Position numbers and translations under genes: made by a program
In this document: one piece after another, positions 53,892 to 64,000 of the stretch
How the letters are laid out: every line of letters starts with the position of its first letter
Position numbering within the stretch: position 1 is the stretch's first letter
Origin: Macrostomum lignano
Taxonomy: Eukaryota
NCBI GenBank assembly: GCA_002269645.1
Contig: NIVC01000386.1
Span: 124,001-188,000, forward strand
Length of the DNA stretch: 64,000 nucleotides
Direction of reading: 5' to 3'
The notes under the pieces: generated by a model
What the model was told of the DNA's origin: nothing
The model's database searches: none
What the model saw: only the letters and a program-made list of their open reading frames with translations

Positions 53892-55904
53892 TCAGATCGG
53901 CGGTTCGAGTCTGCACAGCAATCTTAAACCGTCTGCGGCTGACGCATTGACGGACTCAGTTGCTGCGACCGTCGGCTCGGCCAGCGTTTCATCGGCGGCG
54001 GGGGAGGGCGACCGGCGGTCTGGTAGATTGGGCAGAAGGCGCCTTCGGGGCAGGCGCACAGCACAGTGCCACGCACCGCCCGGCCGGCCGGGCCCGCAGG
54101 CTCGAAGTAGCAGGGCGAACCCTGCTGGCAGACCGACTGCGGGATGGTGGCTTTCTGGAGATCCATGCTCTGGACTAACCAACTCACCACCCAGCATGCT
54201 CTGGACTAACCAACTCACCACCCAGCATGCTCTGGACTAACCAACTCACCACCCAGCATGCTCTGGACTAACCAACTCACCACCCAGCATGCTCTGGACT
54301 AACCAACTCACCACCCAGCATGCTCTGGACTAACCAACTCACCACCCAGCATGCTCTGGACTAACCAACTCACCACTCAGCATGCTCTGGACTAACCAAC
54401 TCACCACCCAGCATGCTCTGGACTAACCAACTCACCACCCAGCATGCTCTGGACTAACCAAATCACCACCCAGCATGCTCTGGACTAACCAACTCACCAC
54501 CCAGCATGCTCTGGACTAACCACCTCACCACCCAGCATGCTCTGGACTAACCACCTCACCACCCAGCATGCTCTCAGTAGACGGCACCCAGCACGTCAAC
54601 CATCAAGCTTCATGAGCGACGTTTTGTCAGCACTTAGAGCACTCCAATCTTGTCTTCATACGCAGCACACAACCAACCCACCTTGTGTTCGCACACAGCT
54701 CACTACCAACCCACCTTGTCCTCGCACACAGCTCACTACCAACCCACCTTGTCCTCGCACACAGCTCACTACCAACCCACCTTGTGTTCGCACACAGCTC
54801 ACTACCAACCTACCTTGTCCTCGTACACAGCTCACTACCAACCCACCTTGTGTTCGCACACAGCTCACTACCAACCTACCTTGTCCTCGTACACAGCTCA
54901 CTACCAACCCACCTTGTGTTCGCACACAGCTCACTACCAACCCACCTTGTGTTCGCACACAGCTCACTACCAACCCACCTTGTCCTCGCACACAGCTCAC
55001 TACCAACCCACCTTGTGTTCGCACACGAACTCCACAATCCGGCTGGCGGTGGCGACGCCCCGAGAGTCCGCCAGCTGCCTCTCATAGACAAAGCTGTGAA
55101 CTGAGTTGCTGGGAGCTTCGGTTCCATTTCGCGGCGGACAGCGGCAAAGCACCGCCTGAAGGTCCAGCCACCAGCCGATCTGCCTCAGCTGGAAGGTCAC
55201 CTGGTCCCGGCTGCAGGTTGGCAGCCCGACCGGGTAGACGGGGCTGCAGAATTGCAGCTGCATCTCGCTGTCTCGAACGCCTGAGCAGTGATGTGTGGGG
55301 GAAGCTTCTCAACCTTTCCTCCCCATCGAAACCTACCATGCTGCTTTCGATGCTTACTTGCCTCTTCTGTTAGTTTCAAATCATCTCAGACTCCTCTTGG
55401 ACTCCATGATGACCACACAGTGCCCTTCAAGAGCGAAACCCTACGATTGACAGTGCCCTCCGAGAACATTACCCTATGACCAACAGTGCCCTCTGAAAAC
55501 ATTTCTCCGTGACCAAAAGTACCCTTCATGATCAGCAAAGCTCTCCATGAACAACTCCTGGAGCCGCGCTCACCGCTAGCGCCGATCCACCTGACCGTGA
55601 GCGACGTGTCCGAGTGGCGCCAACTTCTCTCGCAGTTGTTGCCAGGGGGACACCGGCAGCGGGACTCGGCGAAGATTCCGTCCCTGACGCCCAAGGCCGC
55701 GGCCACTTTGCCGCTCCAGAAACCGCCACGCTCCAGGTGGGCACAGGGGCAGACGGCGCCGTTGCCCCGCGCCGCCGACGCGAGCAGCCGCTGTGGAGAC
55801 TCGGGACTGTCGGCACCTCCTGCCTGCCGCAGCAGCGAAGCCACAAGCAGCAGCAGCAGCAGCTGACCGAGCGCCGGCTCTCCTCCGGAGGCTGCAAGCC
55901 GCAT
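53892..55904 (-). CDS. Argos/giant-lens-like secreted three-finger protein (3 exons; probable 1-nt frameshift near 54000)
   Basis: Exons 55904-55574 (G|GTGAGC, phase 1), 55280-55012 (CTCAG|, AAG|GTGGGT, phase 0) and 54169-53892 (GTCCAG|). Signal peptide LLLLLLVASLL. The Cys layout is 6-4-6, with ESRCRCP, FCSPV..LPTC..QAVLCRCPPRN..FVC and VCQQGSPC..LCACPEGAFCP, paralleling Drosophila Argos as recalled. The 16th Cys needs one extra base in a C-run. Confidence 0.72.
54164..54575. repeat. 31-bp minisatellite containing the exon-3 splice acceptor, ~13 copies
   Basis: Plus-strand unit CATGCTCTGGACTAACCAACTCACCACCCAG. Confidence 0.96.
54660..55026. repeat. 33-bp minisatellite containing the exon-2 splice donor, ~11 copies
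   Basis: Plus-strand unit GCACACAGCTCACTACCAACCCACCTTGT(GT/CC)TC. Confidence 0.96.
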
Positions 55905-56489
55905 CACCCCCTGCTTTCTGGCCGCATCGAAGCCGGCAGAATCTCCGCTCAGAAAGTGCGCGAGGCGAAGCGGCGAGTTTTAAAATTAGAACTTCGAAAC
56001 CGCCGGCAACCGAACCGCGACGCCAAGTCCCTTCCATCTTTATTTGCAGCTGCTGCACTTACGGCCGCAGCAGTTCTGGGGCAGGCGGCGGGGACAGACA
56101 GGAGCTGAAGGGTGCGGCGCGGATGGAGGCCTAATCAGGATTCCGAGAAACGGCCTTAGGGGGTTGCCGGAACCTCCGCCGTCCTGCAGTCCTGCCCCGA
56201 CCCCTCCCTCGGCGTCCTGAAGTAGCCATGCAGGCTGGAGAGGGACAGAGGGCGAAGGGGCTGAGGAGTGAAGGGCGCTATTGAGGGAGGAGGAATCTTC
56301 AGCCTTCCCCACACGCCAAAGCTGCCTGCCGCAGCGGCAATCTGCTGCTTGGAGTCTTCTGCTTCTACTATTTCTCTCGCCTGCGCCTTCTGTGCCGCCG
56401 AATCTGCCGCTGCTGCCTTCCGGCTCTGATCTCGGATTATGGATTAACTTTGGGCTTATCTCGTTAGCTGTCTTTTCCGGACCGCCCCC

Positions 56490-57636
56490 TGTCCATCTCT
56501 GACCGTCTGTCCCCCTTGTTTGTCCCTGCTTCAACTCCATCTCTGACCGCCTGTCCCCCTTGTTTGTCCCTGCTTCAACTCCATCTCTGACCTCCTGTCC
56601 CCCTTGTTTGTCCCTGCTTCAACTCCATCTCTGACCGCCTGTCCCCCTTGTTTGTCCCTGCTTCACCTCCATCTCTGACCTCCTGTCCCCCTTGTTTGTC
56701 CCTGCTTCAACTCCATCTCTGACCGCCTGTCCCCCTTGTTTGTCCCTGCTTCACCTCCATCTCTGACCTCCTGTCCCCTTGTTTGTCCCTGCTTCAACTC
56801 CATCTCTGACCGCCTGTCCCCCTTGTTTGTCCCTGCTTCAACTCCATCTCTGACCGCCTGTCCCCCTTGTTTGTCCCTGCTTCACCTCCATCTCTGACCT
56901 CCTGTCCCCCTTGTTTGTCCCTGCTTCAACTCCATCTCTGACCGCCTGTCCCCCTTGTTTGTCCCTGCTTCACCTCCATCTCTGACCTCCTGTCCCCCTT
57001 GTTTGTCCCTGCTTCAACTCCATCTCTGACCGCCTGTCCCCCTTGTTTGTCCCTGCTTCAACTCCATCTCTGACCGCCTGTCCCCCTTGTTTGTCCCTGC
57101 TTCAACTCCATCTCTGACCGTCTGTCCCCCTTGTTTGTCCCTGCTTCAACTCCATCTCTGACCGCCTGTCCCCCTTGTTTGTCCCTGCTTCAACTCCATC
57201 TCTGACCGTCTGTCCCCCTTGTTTGTCCCTGCTTCAACTCCATCTCTGACCGCCTGTCCCCCTTGTTTGTCCCTGCTTCAACTCCATCTCTGACCGTCTG
57301 TCCCCCTTGTTTGTCCCTGCTTCAACTCCATCTCTGACCGTCTGTCCCCCTTGTTTGTCCCTGCTTCACCTCCATCTCTGACCGCCTGTCCCCCTTGTTT
57401 GTCCCTGCTTCAACTCCATCTCTGACCGCCTGTCCCCCTTGTTTGTCCCTGCTTCAACTCCATCTCTGACCGCCTGTCCCCCTTGTTTGTCCCTGCTTCA
57501 ACTCCATCTCTGACCGTCTGTCCCCTTGTTTGTCCCTGCTTCAACTCCATCTCTGACCGCCTGTCCCCCTTGTTTGTCCCTGCTTCAACTCCATCTCTGA
57601 CCGCCTGTCCCCCTTGTTTGTCCCTGCTTCACCTCC
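56490..57636. repeat. 44-bp pyrimidine-rich minisatellite, ~26 copies
   Basis: Unit CTGTCCCCCTTGTTTGTCCCTGCTTCAACTCCATCTCTGACCGC. Confidence 0.98.
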
Positions 57637-57654
57637 AGCTATGAACGGCTGCGT

Positions 57655-57900
<246 letters not shown>

Positions 57901-58496
57901 TCCGTGTATTCTATTTTTAATTTTCAGCCTTCCTCTCCCGTCAGGAGAGCCCTTAGTCAGTCCAGGCATCCCCAAGCAGTCCTGACGCCGAGGAAGGCCC
58001 GAGCTCTCTGCCGCTTAGCCTCGAAATGCCTGCCTTGTTTGGCCAGGAAAATCCTCTTAACGGATTATCGCGTCTTCCTCGCCCAAGAGAGGATTTTTAT
58101 CCCTCCGAGCCACAGGGGCGGCTCCGGCGGAAAGAAATTGAAGACGCATTAGCGCAGCTTCTGCACATCTCAGCCAGTCGGACTTTCGTCTCCCATCTTA
58201 TAAAAGAATTTCTCCTGAATGAAGCTACTTTTTGGTGTATTAGGGAGGGAGCAATGATTGGGAGGCTGATTGAAGCTCAACATCAAATGGGAGCAGGCGG
58301 GAATCTCAAGAAGACAGCGGAGACTCAGCCGTAGGGGCAATTTTCTGCTCTTAGGCATGAGCATGCATGGCCGGGTTTGAGTTCGATTGCTCTGATTTAG
58401 AGATAGAGATAGAGGATGGAGATAGGGGGATACAGATAGGGGGATAGATATAGGGAATAGTGATAGGGGATAGAGATAGAGAGATAGAGATAGGGA

Positions 58497-58880
58497 GGGG
58501 GTAGAAATAGGGGGTAGAAATATGGGGTAGAAATAGGGGGTAGAAATAGGGGGTAGAAATAGAGAGATAGAGATAGGGAGGGGGTAGAAATAGGGGGTAG
58601 AAATAGGGGGTAGAAATAGGGGGTAGAAATAGGGGGTAGAAATAGGGGTAGAAATAGGGGGTAGAAATAGGGGTAGAAATAGGGGGTAGAAATAGGGGGT
58701 AGAAATAGGGGGTAGAAATAGGGAGTAGAAATAGGGGGTAGAAATAGGGGGTAGAAATAGGGGGTAGAAATAGGGGGTAGAAATAGGGGGTAGAAATAGG
58801 GGGTAGAAATAGGGAGTAGAAATAGGGGGTAGAAATAGGGGGTAGAAATAGGGGGTAGAAATGGGGGGTAGAAATAGGGG
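58497..58880. repeat. 13-bp G-tract repeat (GGGGGTAGAAATA)n
   Basis: About 28 copies, preceded by a degenerate GATA-like tract. Confidence 0.95.
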
Positions 58881-59054
58881 GTGGAGATGCCTACATCTCT
58901 ATGCAAGGACAAAGATGATGTCAGTGGGGAACCATTGGAGAGATAGGAAATCAGGTATATAAATAGAGGCCGCAGCGAACGAACACCCGGCCAGATCAGG
59001 TCGGCATTTCCTATTGTAAGGGCGAGAGGAACGAACCAGCTTTTCATGTGCGGC

Positions 59055-59398
59055 CTGGCTTTGATCTGGCCATGGGACTGCACTGGGATTCGGCTGCCTG
59101 GCTTTGATCTGGCCATGGGACTGCACTGGGATTCGGCTGCCTGGCTTTGATCTGGCCATGGGACTGCACTGGGATTCGGCTGCCTGGCTTTGATCTGGCC
59201 ATGGGACTGCACTGGGATTCGGCTGCCTGGCTTTGATCTGGCCATGGACTGCACTGGGATTCGGCTGCCTGGCTTTGATCTGGCCATGGAACTGCACTGG
59301 GATTCGGCTGCCTGGCTTTGATCTGGCCATGGGACTGCACTGGGATTCGGCTGCCTGGCTTTGATCTGGCCATGGGACTGCACTGGGATTCGGCGGCC
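59055..59398. repeat. 43-bp minisatellite, 8 copies
   Basis: Unit CTGGCTTTGATCTGGCCATGGGACTGCACTGGGATTCGGCTGC. Confidence 0.97.
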
Positions 59399-59404
59399 GA
59401 ATCC

Positions 59405-60720
59405 AATGAGTCTATTCGCTCTCAAATACGTCTATTCACTCTCCAATGAGTCTACTCACTCTCCAATGAGTCTATTCACTCTCCATTGAGTCTATTCACT
59501 CTCCAATGAGTCTATTCACTCTCCAATGAGTCTATTCACTCTCCAATGAGTCTATTCACTCTCCATTGAGTCTATTCACTCTCCGGTGAGTTTATTCACT
59601 CTCCAATGAGTCTATTCACTCTCAAATACGTCTGTTCACTCTCCTATGAGTATATTCACTCTCCAATGAGTCTATTCACTCTCAAATACGTCTGTTCACT
59701 CTCCTATGAGTATATTCACTCTCCATTGAGTCTATTCACTCTCAAATACGTCTGTTTACTCTCCTATGAGTATATTCACTCTCCATTGAGTCTATTCACT
59801 CTCAAATACGTCTGTTCACTCTCCAATAAGTATATTCACTCTCCATTGAGTCTATTCACTCTCCATTGAGTCTATTCACTCTCCAATGAGTCTATTCACT
59901 CTCAAATACGTCTGTTTACTCTCCAATGAGTCTATTCACTCTCAAATACGTCTGTTCACTCTCCTATGAGTATATTCACTCTCCATTGAGTCTATTCACT
60001 CTCAAATACGTCTGTTCACTCTCCTATGAGTCTATTCACTCTCCATTGAGTCTATTCACTCTCCAATGAGTCTATTCACTCTCCATTGAGTCTATTCACT
60101 CTCCGATGAGTCTATTCACTCTCCGATGAGTCTATTCACTCTCCATTGAGTCTATTCACTCTCCTATGAGTATATTCACTCTCCATTGAGTCTATTCACT
60201 CTAAAATACGTCTGTTCACTCTCCTGTGAGTATATTCACTCTCCATTGAGTCTATTCACTCTCCAATAAGTATATTCACTCTCCATTGAGTCTATTCACT
60301 CTCCATTGAGTCTATTCACTCTCCAATGAGTCTATTCACTCTCAAATACGTCTGTTTACTCTCCAATGAGTCTATTCACTCTCAAATACGTCTGTTCACT
60401 CTCCTATGAGTATATTCACTCTCCATTGAGTCTATTCACTCTCAAATACGTCTGTTCACTCTCCTATGAGTCTATTCACTCTCCATTGAGTCTATTCACT
60501 CTCCAATGAGTCTATTCACTCTCCATTGAGTCTATTCACTCTCCGATGAGTCTATTCACTCTCCGATGAGTCTATTCACTCTCCATTGAGTCTATTCACT
60601 CTCCGATGAGTCTATTCGCTCTCCGATGAGTCTATTCACTCTCCAATGAGTCTATTCACTCTCCGATGAGTCTATTCACTCTCCAATGAGTCTTTTCACT
60701 CTCCAATGAGTCTAATCACT
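59405..60720. repeat. 20-bp minisatellite (GAGTCTATTCACTCTCCAAT), ~65 copies
   Basis: Array with a CAAATACGTCTGTTCACTCT variant unit and duplicated blocks. Confidence 0.98.
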
Positions 60721-61098
60721 CAATCGATGCACGTACCCTCTGAACAATATTTTTACTTTCCAAACCAGCCTTTTTGCTTTTAACACCATTCATTCAGTAT
60801 AAAATGATTTTATGCACTCGCAAGCAGTCCCTTCACTGCCGGAGTCGCTCCATTCACTGCATCAATCGATTCCAGCTCTCCAACCAGAGCCGCTGCATCC
60901 ATTAGCAAATGCTGGCAAAGTCTCCCCAAGCCAGAATTCATAGAGGCGGGCCATTTGAGAAGTGCTCAGCCTCCACCGCCTTCATCCGGGCAGGAGATAG
61001 AGGCCGCCTCGCGATTGGACCGCTCTCCATCAACCTCATACTCTGGCCTGATAGCTTGAGCCCCGAGTCTTGGGTCCCGGGGTTCGAGTCTCTGCACG

Positions 61099-61101
<3 letters not shown>

Positions 61102-61152
<51 letters not shown>
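61102..61152. repeat. (TC)n microsatellite
   Basis: Direct observation. Confidence 0.95.
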
Positions 61153-61155
<3 letters not shown>

Positions 61156-61789
61156 TTTTCCGCTTGGAAGCCGCACAGACCGGAGCTGCTGCGGAGCCGG
61201 CGGCCGCTTCCAGTTGATCGCCAACGGGCCGTTCTGGACCGCCGCAGGAGCCGCCCGCGGAGTGAGTGGCCTAATTGCATTAGCCAGGCGGGAGCAGCGA
61301 TGGAGGGGGGGGGGAGCGGGCATTCGAATCCCCGAGTCAGCCCCACCTTGGCTGCTATGCTCCAACCGCCAGTCCGCAGGGAAAGCGCATGCAGGAGATT
61401 TTGCTCCGCCGATCAGAGTTCAAAGTTTTCGTGCGTTATTTTTTGTTTAAATAAGGCCTGAGTCGTGTGCAATTTACTTTGGCAGATCTCGCTGAGTCCG
61501 GCTTGGAGCCGGCGCAGCGCTCTGCACTTTTAATTCCTTCCAGCTCATTGGGATTAAGCACGCACGAAGTGCTTGAGCAACTTCACAGGACTGCCCGGTG
61601 TGATAGGAATTAATGCATGGATTTTATCAAACATTCAGGGAATTCGGTCTGCATTCGATAAGCCACTGGTGTTCGGATTGTTAATCTTATTAACATGTAA
61701 GTGATTGGATCCACTTGGGTGATTAAATATATAGTGAAGTGATTCGCTCCACTAACTGGAGTTGTGAGATTTATTAGATGATGAGTGAT

Positions 61790-62490
61790 TAGATCTACTG
61801 GAGTGATTAGATCTACTGGGGTGATTAGATCTACTGGGGGTTGATTAAATCCACTGGGTTGATTAGATCTACTGGGGTGATTAGATCTACTGGGTTGATT
61901 AGATCTACTGGGTTGATTAGATCTACTGGAGTGATTAGATCTACTGGGTTGATTAGATCTACTGGAGTGATTAGATCCCCTGGGGGTTGATTAAATCCAC
62001 TGGGTTGATTAGATCTACTGGGTTGATTAGATCTACTGGGTTGATTAGATCTACTGGGTTGATTAGATCTACTGGGTTTAGATCTACTGGGTGATTGGAT
62101 CTACTGGGTGTTGATTAGATCTACTGGGTTTAGATCTACTGGGTGATTGGATCTACTGGGTGTTGATTAAATCCACTGGGTTGATTAGATCTACTGGGTG
62201 ATTGGATCTACTGGGTTGATTAGATCTACTGGGTTGATTAGATCTACTGGGTTTAGATCTACTGGGTGATTGGATCTACTGGGTGTTGATTAGATCTACT
62301 GGGTTGATTATATCTACTGGGTTGATTAGATCTACTGGGTTGATTAGATCTACTGGGTTTAGATCTACTGGGTTTAGATCTACTGGGTGATTGGATCTAC
62401 TGGGGTGATTAGATCTACTGGGTTTAGATCCACTGGCTGATTAGATCTACCGGGGGTTTTGATTAGATCTACTGGGGTTGATTAGACCGA
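61790..62490. repeat. ~18-bp minisatellite (GATTAGATCTACTGGGTT)
   Basis: About 38 variable-length copies. Confidence 0.95.
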
Positions 62491-62872
62491 CTGTAATTAC
62501 CTTTGTGGTGGCTGGTTTAACTTAGCAAAAGTTACCCGGTTCCAGTTCATTTTATTGGGCATTTAATTAATCAACGACAGCAGTTAATGGAGGTGCGAAC
62601 AGTTTCTGTCCCAGCGCAGCCTTGTGCCCTGGTTTCTGACTGTCTCAGCTCTCAGTCTAGTTTATAGCTCAGAGCAAGCGGTTTATGCGGGCTAATTTAC
62701 AGGCAGAGCGATCGAGCGAGACTTTTGCAAATTTAAGCAATAGAAAAAATAAATGAGTGCCAGTGTATGCTTATTCCATGCCTTAAACATTCAGTGCAAA
62801 GCAGTTAAACTCGACAGCTTTGAAGCTTGTGGCGCTTCGGCTCCAAACTTCCAGTCAGAAAATTCACCCAGC

Positions 62873-63304
62873 TCAAACACAGCCGTCTTCGAGATTTGCC
62901 GCTGCTTGATGAAGCTGATCAGCTGCTCCGGCGGCGGCTGCTGTGGAAGTCGCTGAAGCTGCCGTCGTTGCCGCAGCCTCGACTTCAGGCGGCTCTTCCA
63001 TGGTGGCCAGCTCGGCCTGCAGAATGGCGCGGGCCCGCTTGAAGCTGCCGGCCTGGCGGAGCAGGCTGGCGCCCTCCGCCGCCTCCTCCGGCGGCTCCTC
63101 GGCGGCGTCCTTCGGCAGCAGCGAGCGCGGCAGCTCTGCGTCGGTCTCCAGCGGCACGGAGGTCTGGCTGAGCACCACCCGGTTGGCGGCCGAGTCCGTG
63201 GAGATGAGCTCGGCCGAGTTGCAGAATGACACTTTGCGGCGGCAGTGCGAGGCCGCCTGCTGCTGCTCTTGCCGCTCCTGCCGGCTACCGTTTCTCATGC
63301 TCAT
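62873..63304 (-). CDS. Unknown GC-rich ORF (143 aa) with an RVxF-like motif
   Basis: GC3-rich ORF containing RRKVSF, an RQAGSF kinase-site-like motif and Ala/Glu-rich segments. No family recognised. Confidence 0.4.
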   Translation of the reverse strand: MSMRNGSRQERQEQQQAASHCRRKVSFCNSAELISTDSAANRVVLSQTSVPLETDAELPRSLLPKDAAEEPPEEAAEGASLLRQAGSFKRARAILQAELATMEEPPEVEAAATTAASATSTAAAAGAADQLHQAAANLEDGCV

Positions 63305-64000
63305 GCTGCTGCTGCTGCTGCTGCTGGGGTTTCTCCTCTGCGGCGATTTCGCTCTGTCGAGTAGAATTGCTTTGGGCCGTGCCTGTCTCTGCTAATATCG
63401 ACCAGCTCAGCCCGTGTGCCCAACATTTCGGCCGTGCACGGCTCATGTACGGAAGCCTCACCGGTTCATTATTGGTTCGAGCGAAGGCTGACCAATGTCG
63501 ATTGGAGCACTTTGGGTTTTTCTTACCTTATGCTTATAGTATTTGCTGGCTATTCCAGGGCATAATCTATATGCTATAGAGCCGGCTGCAGTTGGGTGTG
63601 ACCGTGCAGGAAACCGATTGAGCTGAATCCTCTAGATCTGCGAATGAACTTGGATTAATTTTACTCACTGTCGTCAGTGCACCATCGTCGACTCGATCGG
63701 AGAGGAAGTGAGAGTGATCGAGTGTAGTGTATGCGGCTCATTGTGTGAAATCCGGATTGGCCGCGTGCCGTGGTCAGCTCTAATACATATGTATATCTTA
63801 ATGTTCGTACATGCACACTGCATAATTCTTTATTACATTGATAGAATTCCACTTCTCCATATACATACACATCAAGAATCCGACTATACATGGCTCCCAT
63901 GCGATGACGTTGCGAGGGTACAATAACAGATGCATTAACTTATCTTCAGAAGTTCAGAACCGACGATCTTAACCGACGTAGAGGCGACAAACTACACTTA

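Noticed and set aside
56281-56502. Small hydrophobic ORF before the 44-bp array
   Set aside because: TTG start, no family match, and it runs into the repeat.
58026-58334. 102-aa ATG ORF between repeats
   Set aside because: No motif, codon-bias or splice support.
61045-61152. B-box-like GGTTCGAGTC followed by (TC)n as a SINE
   Set aside because: The A box is unconvincing and there is no second copy in the window.

Overview
Repeat-rich animal genomic DNA. It has spliceosomal GT-AG introns, GC-rich exons, AT-rich spacers and roughly 14 kb of non-coding mini/microsatellites. The style recalls flatworm genomes such as Macrostomum, but that is inference only. Host genes supported by hand-spliced reading frames: (1) two tandem three-exon genes that fuse a basic head and an acidic repeat linker to a C-terminal profilin domain; (2) an intronless type-I membrane protein with Ig-like segments; (3) two paralogous mini-proteins made of C-x2-C-x6-C-x-H repeats; (4) two stand-alone EEP (DNase I-fold) genes, one with a tandem double domain; (5) a secreted 19-aa-repeat protein; (6) a PAN+LamG/ConA-like gene and a paralog whose PAN module is split by a ~750-aa Thr/Pro mucin, followed by a 3986-bp tandem duplicate; (7) an argos/giant-lens-like three-exon gene whose second intron begins and ends in tandem arrays of its own splice sites. 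Mobile DNA: an intact Mag-type Gypsy retrotransposon with identical 192-bp LTRs and an AGGTC TSD, a decayed piggyBac, an internally deleted Crypton-like element, a TG..CA long-TIR MITE, a tRNA-headed SINE-like insertion and a LINE remnant. Three genes carry single-base frameshifts in short nucleotide runs, which may be sequencing errors. All homology calls come from motif recognition by eye; no database search was run.
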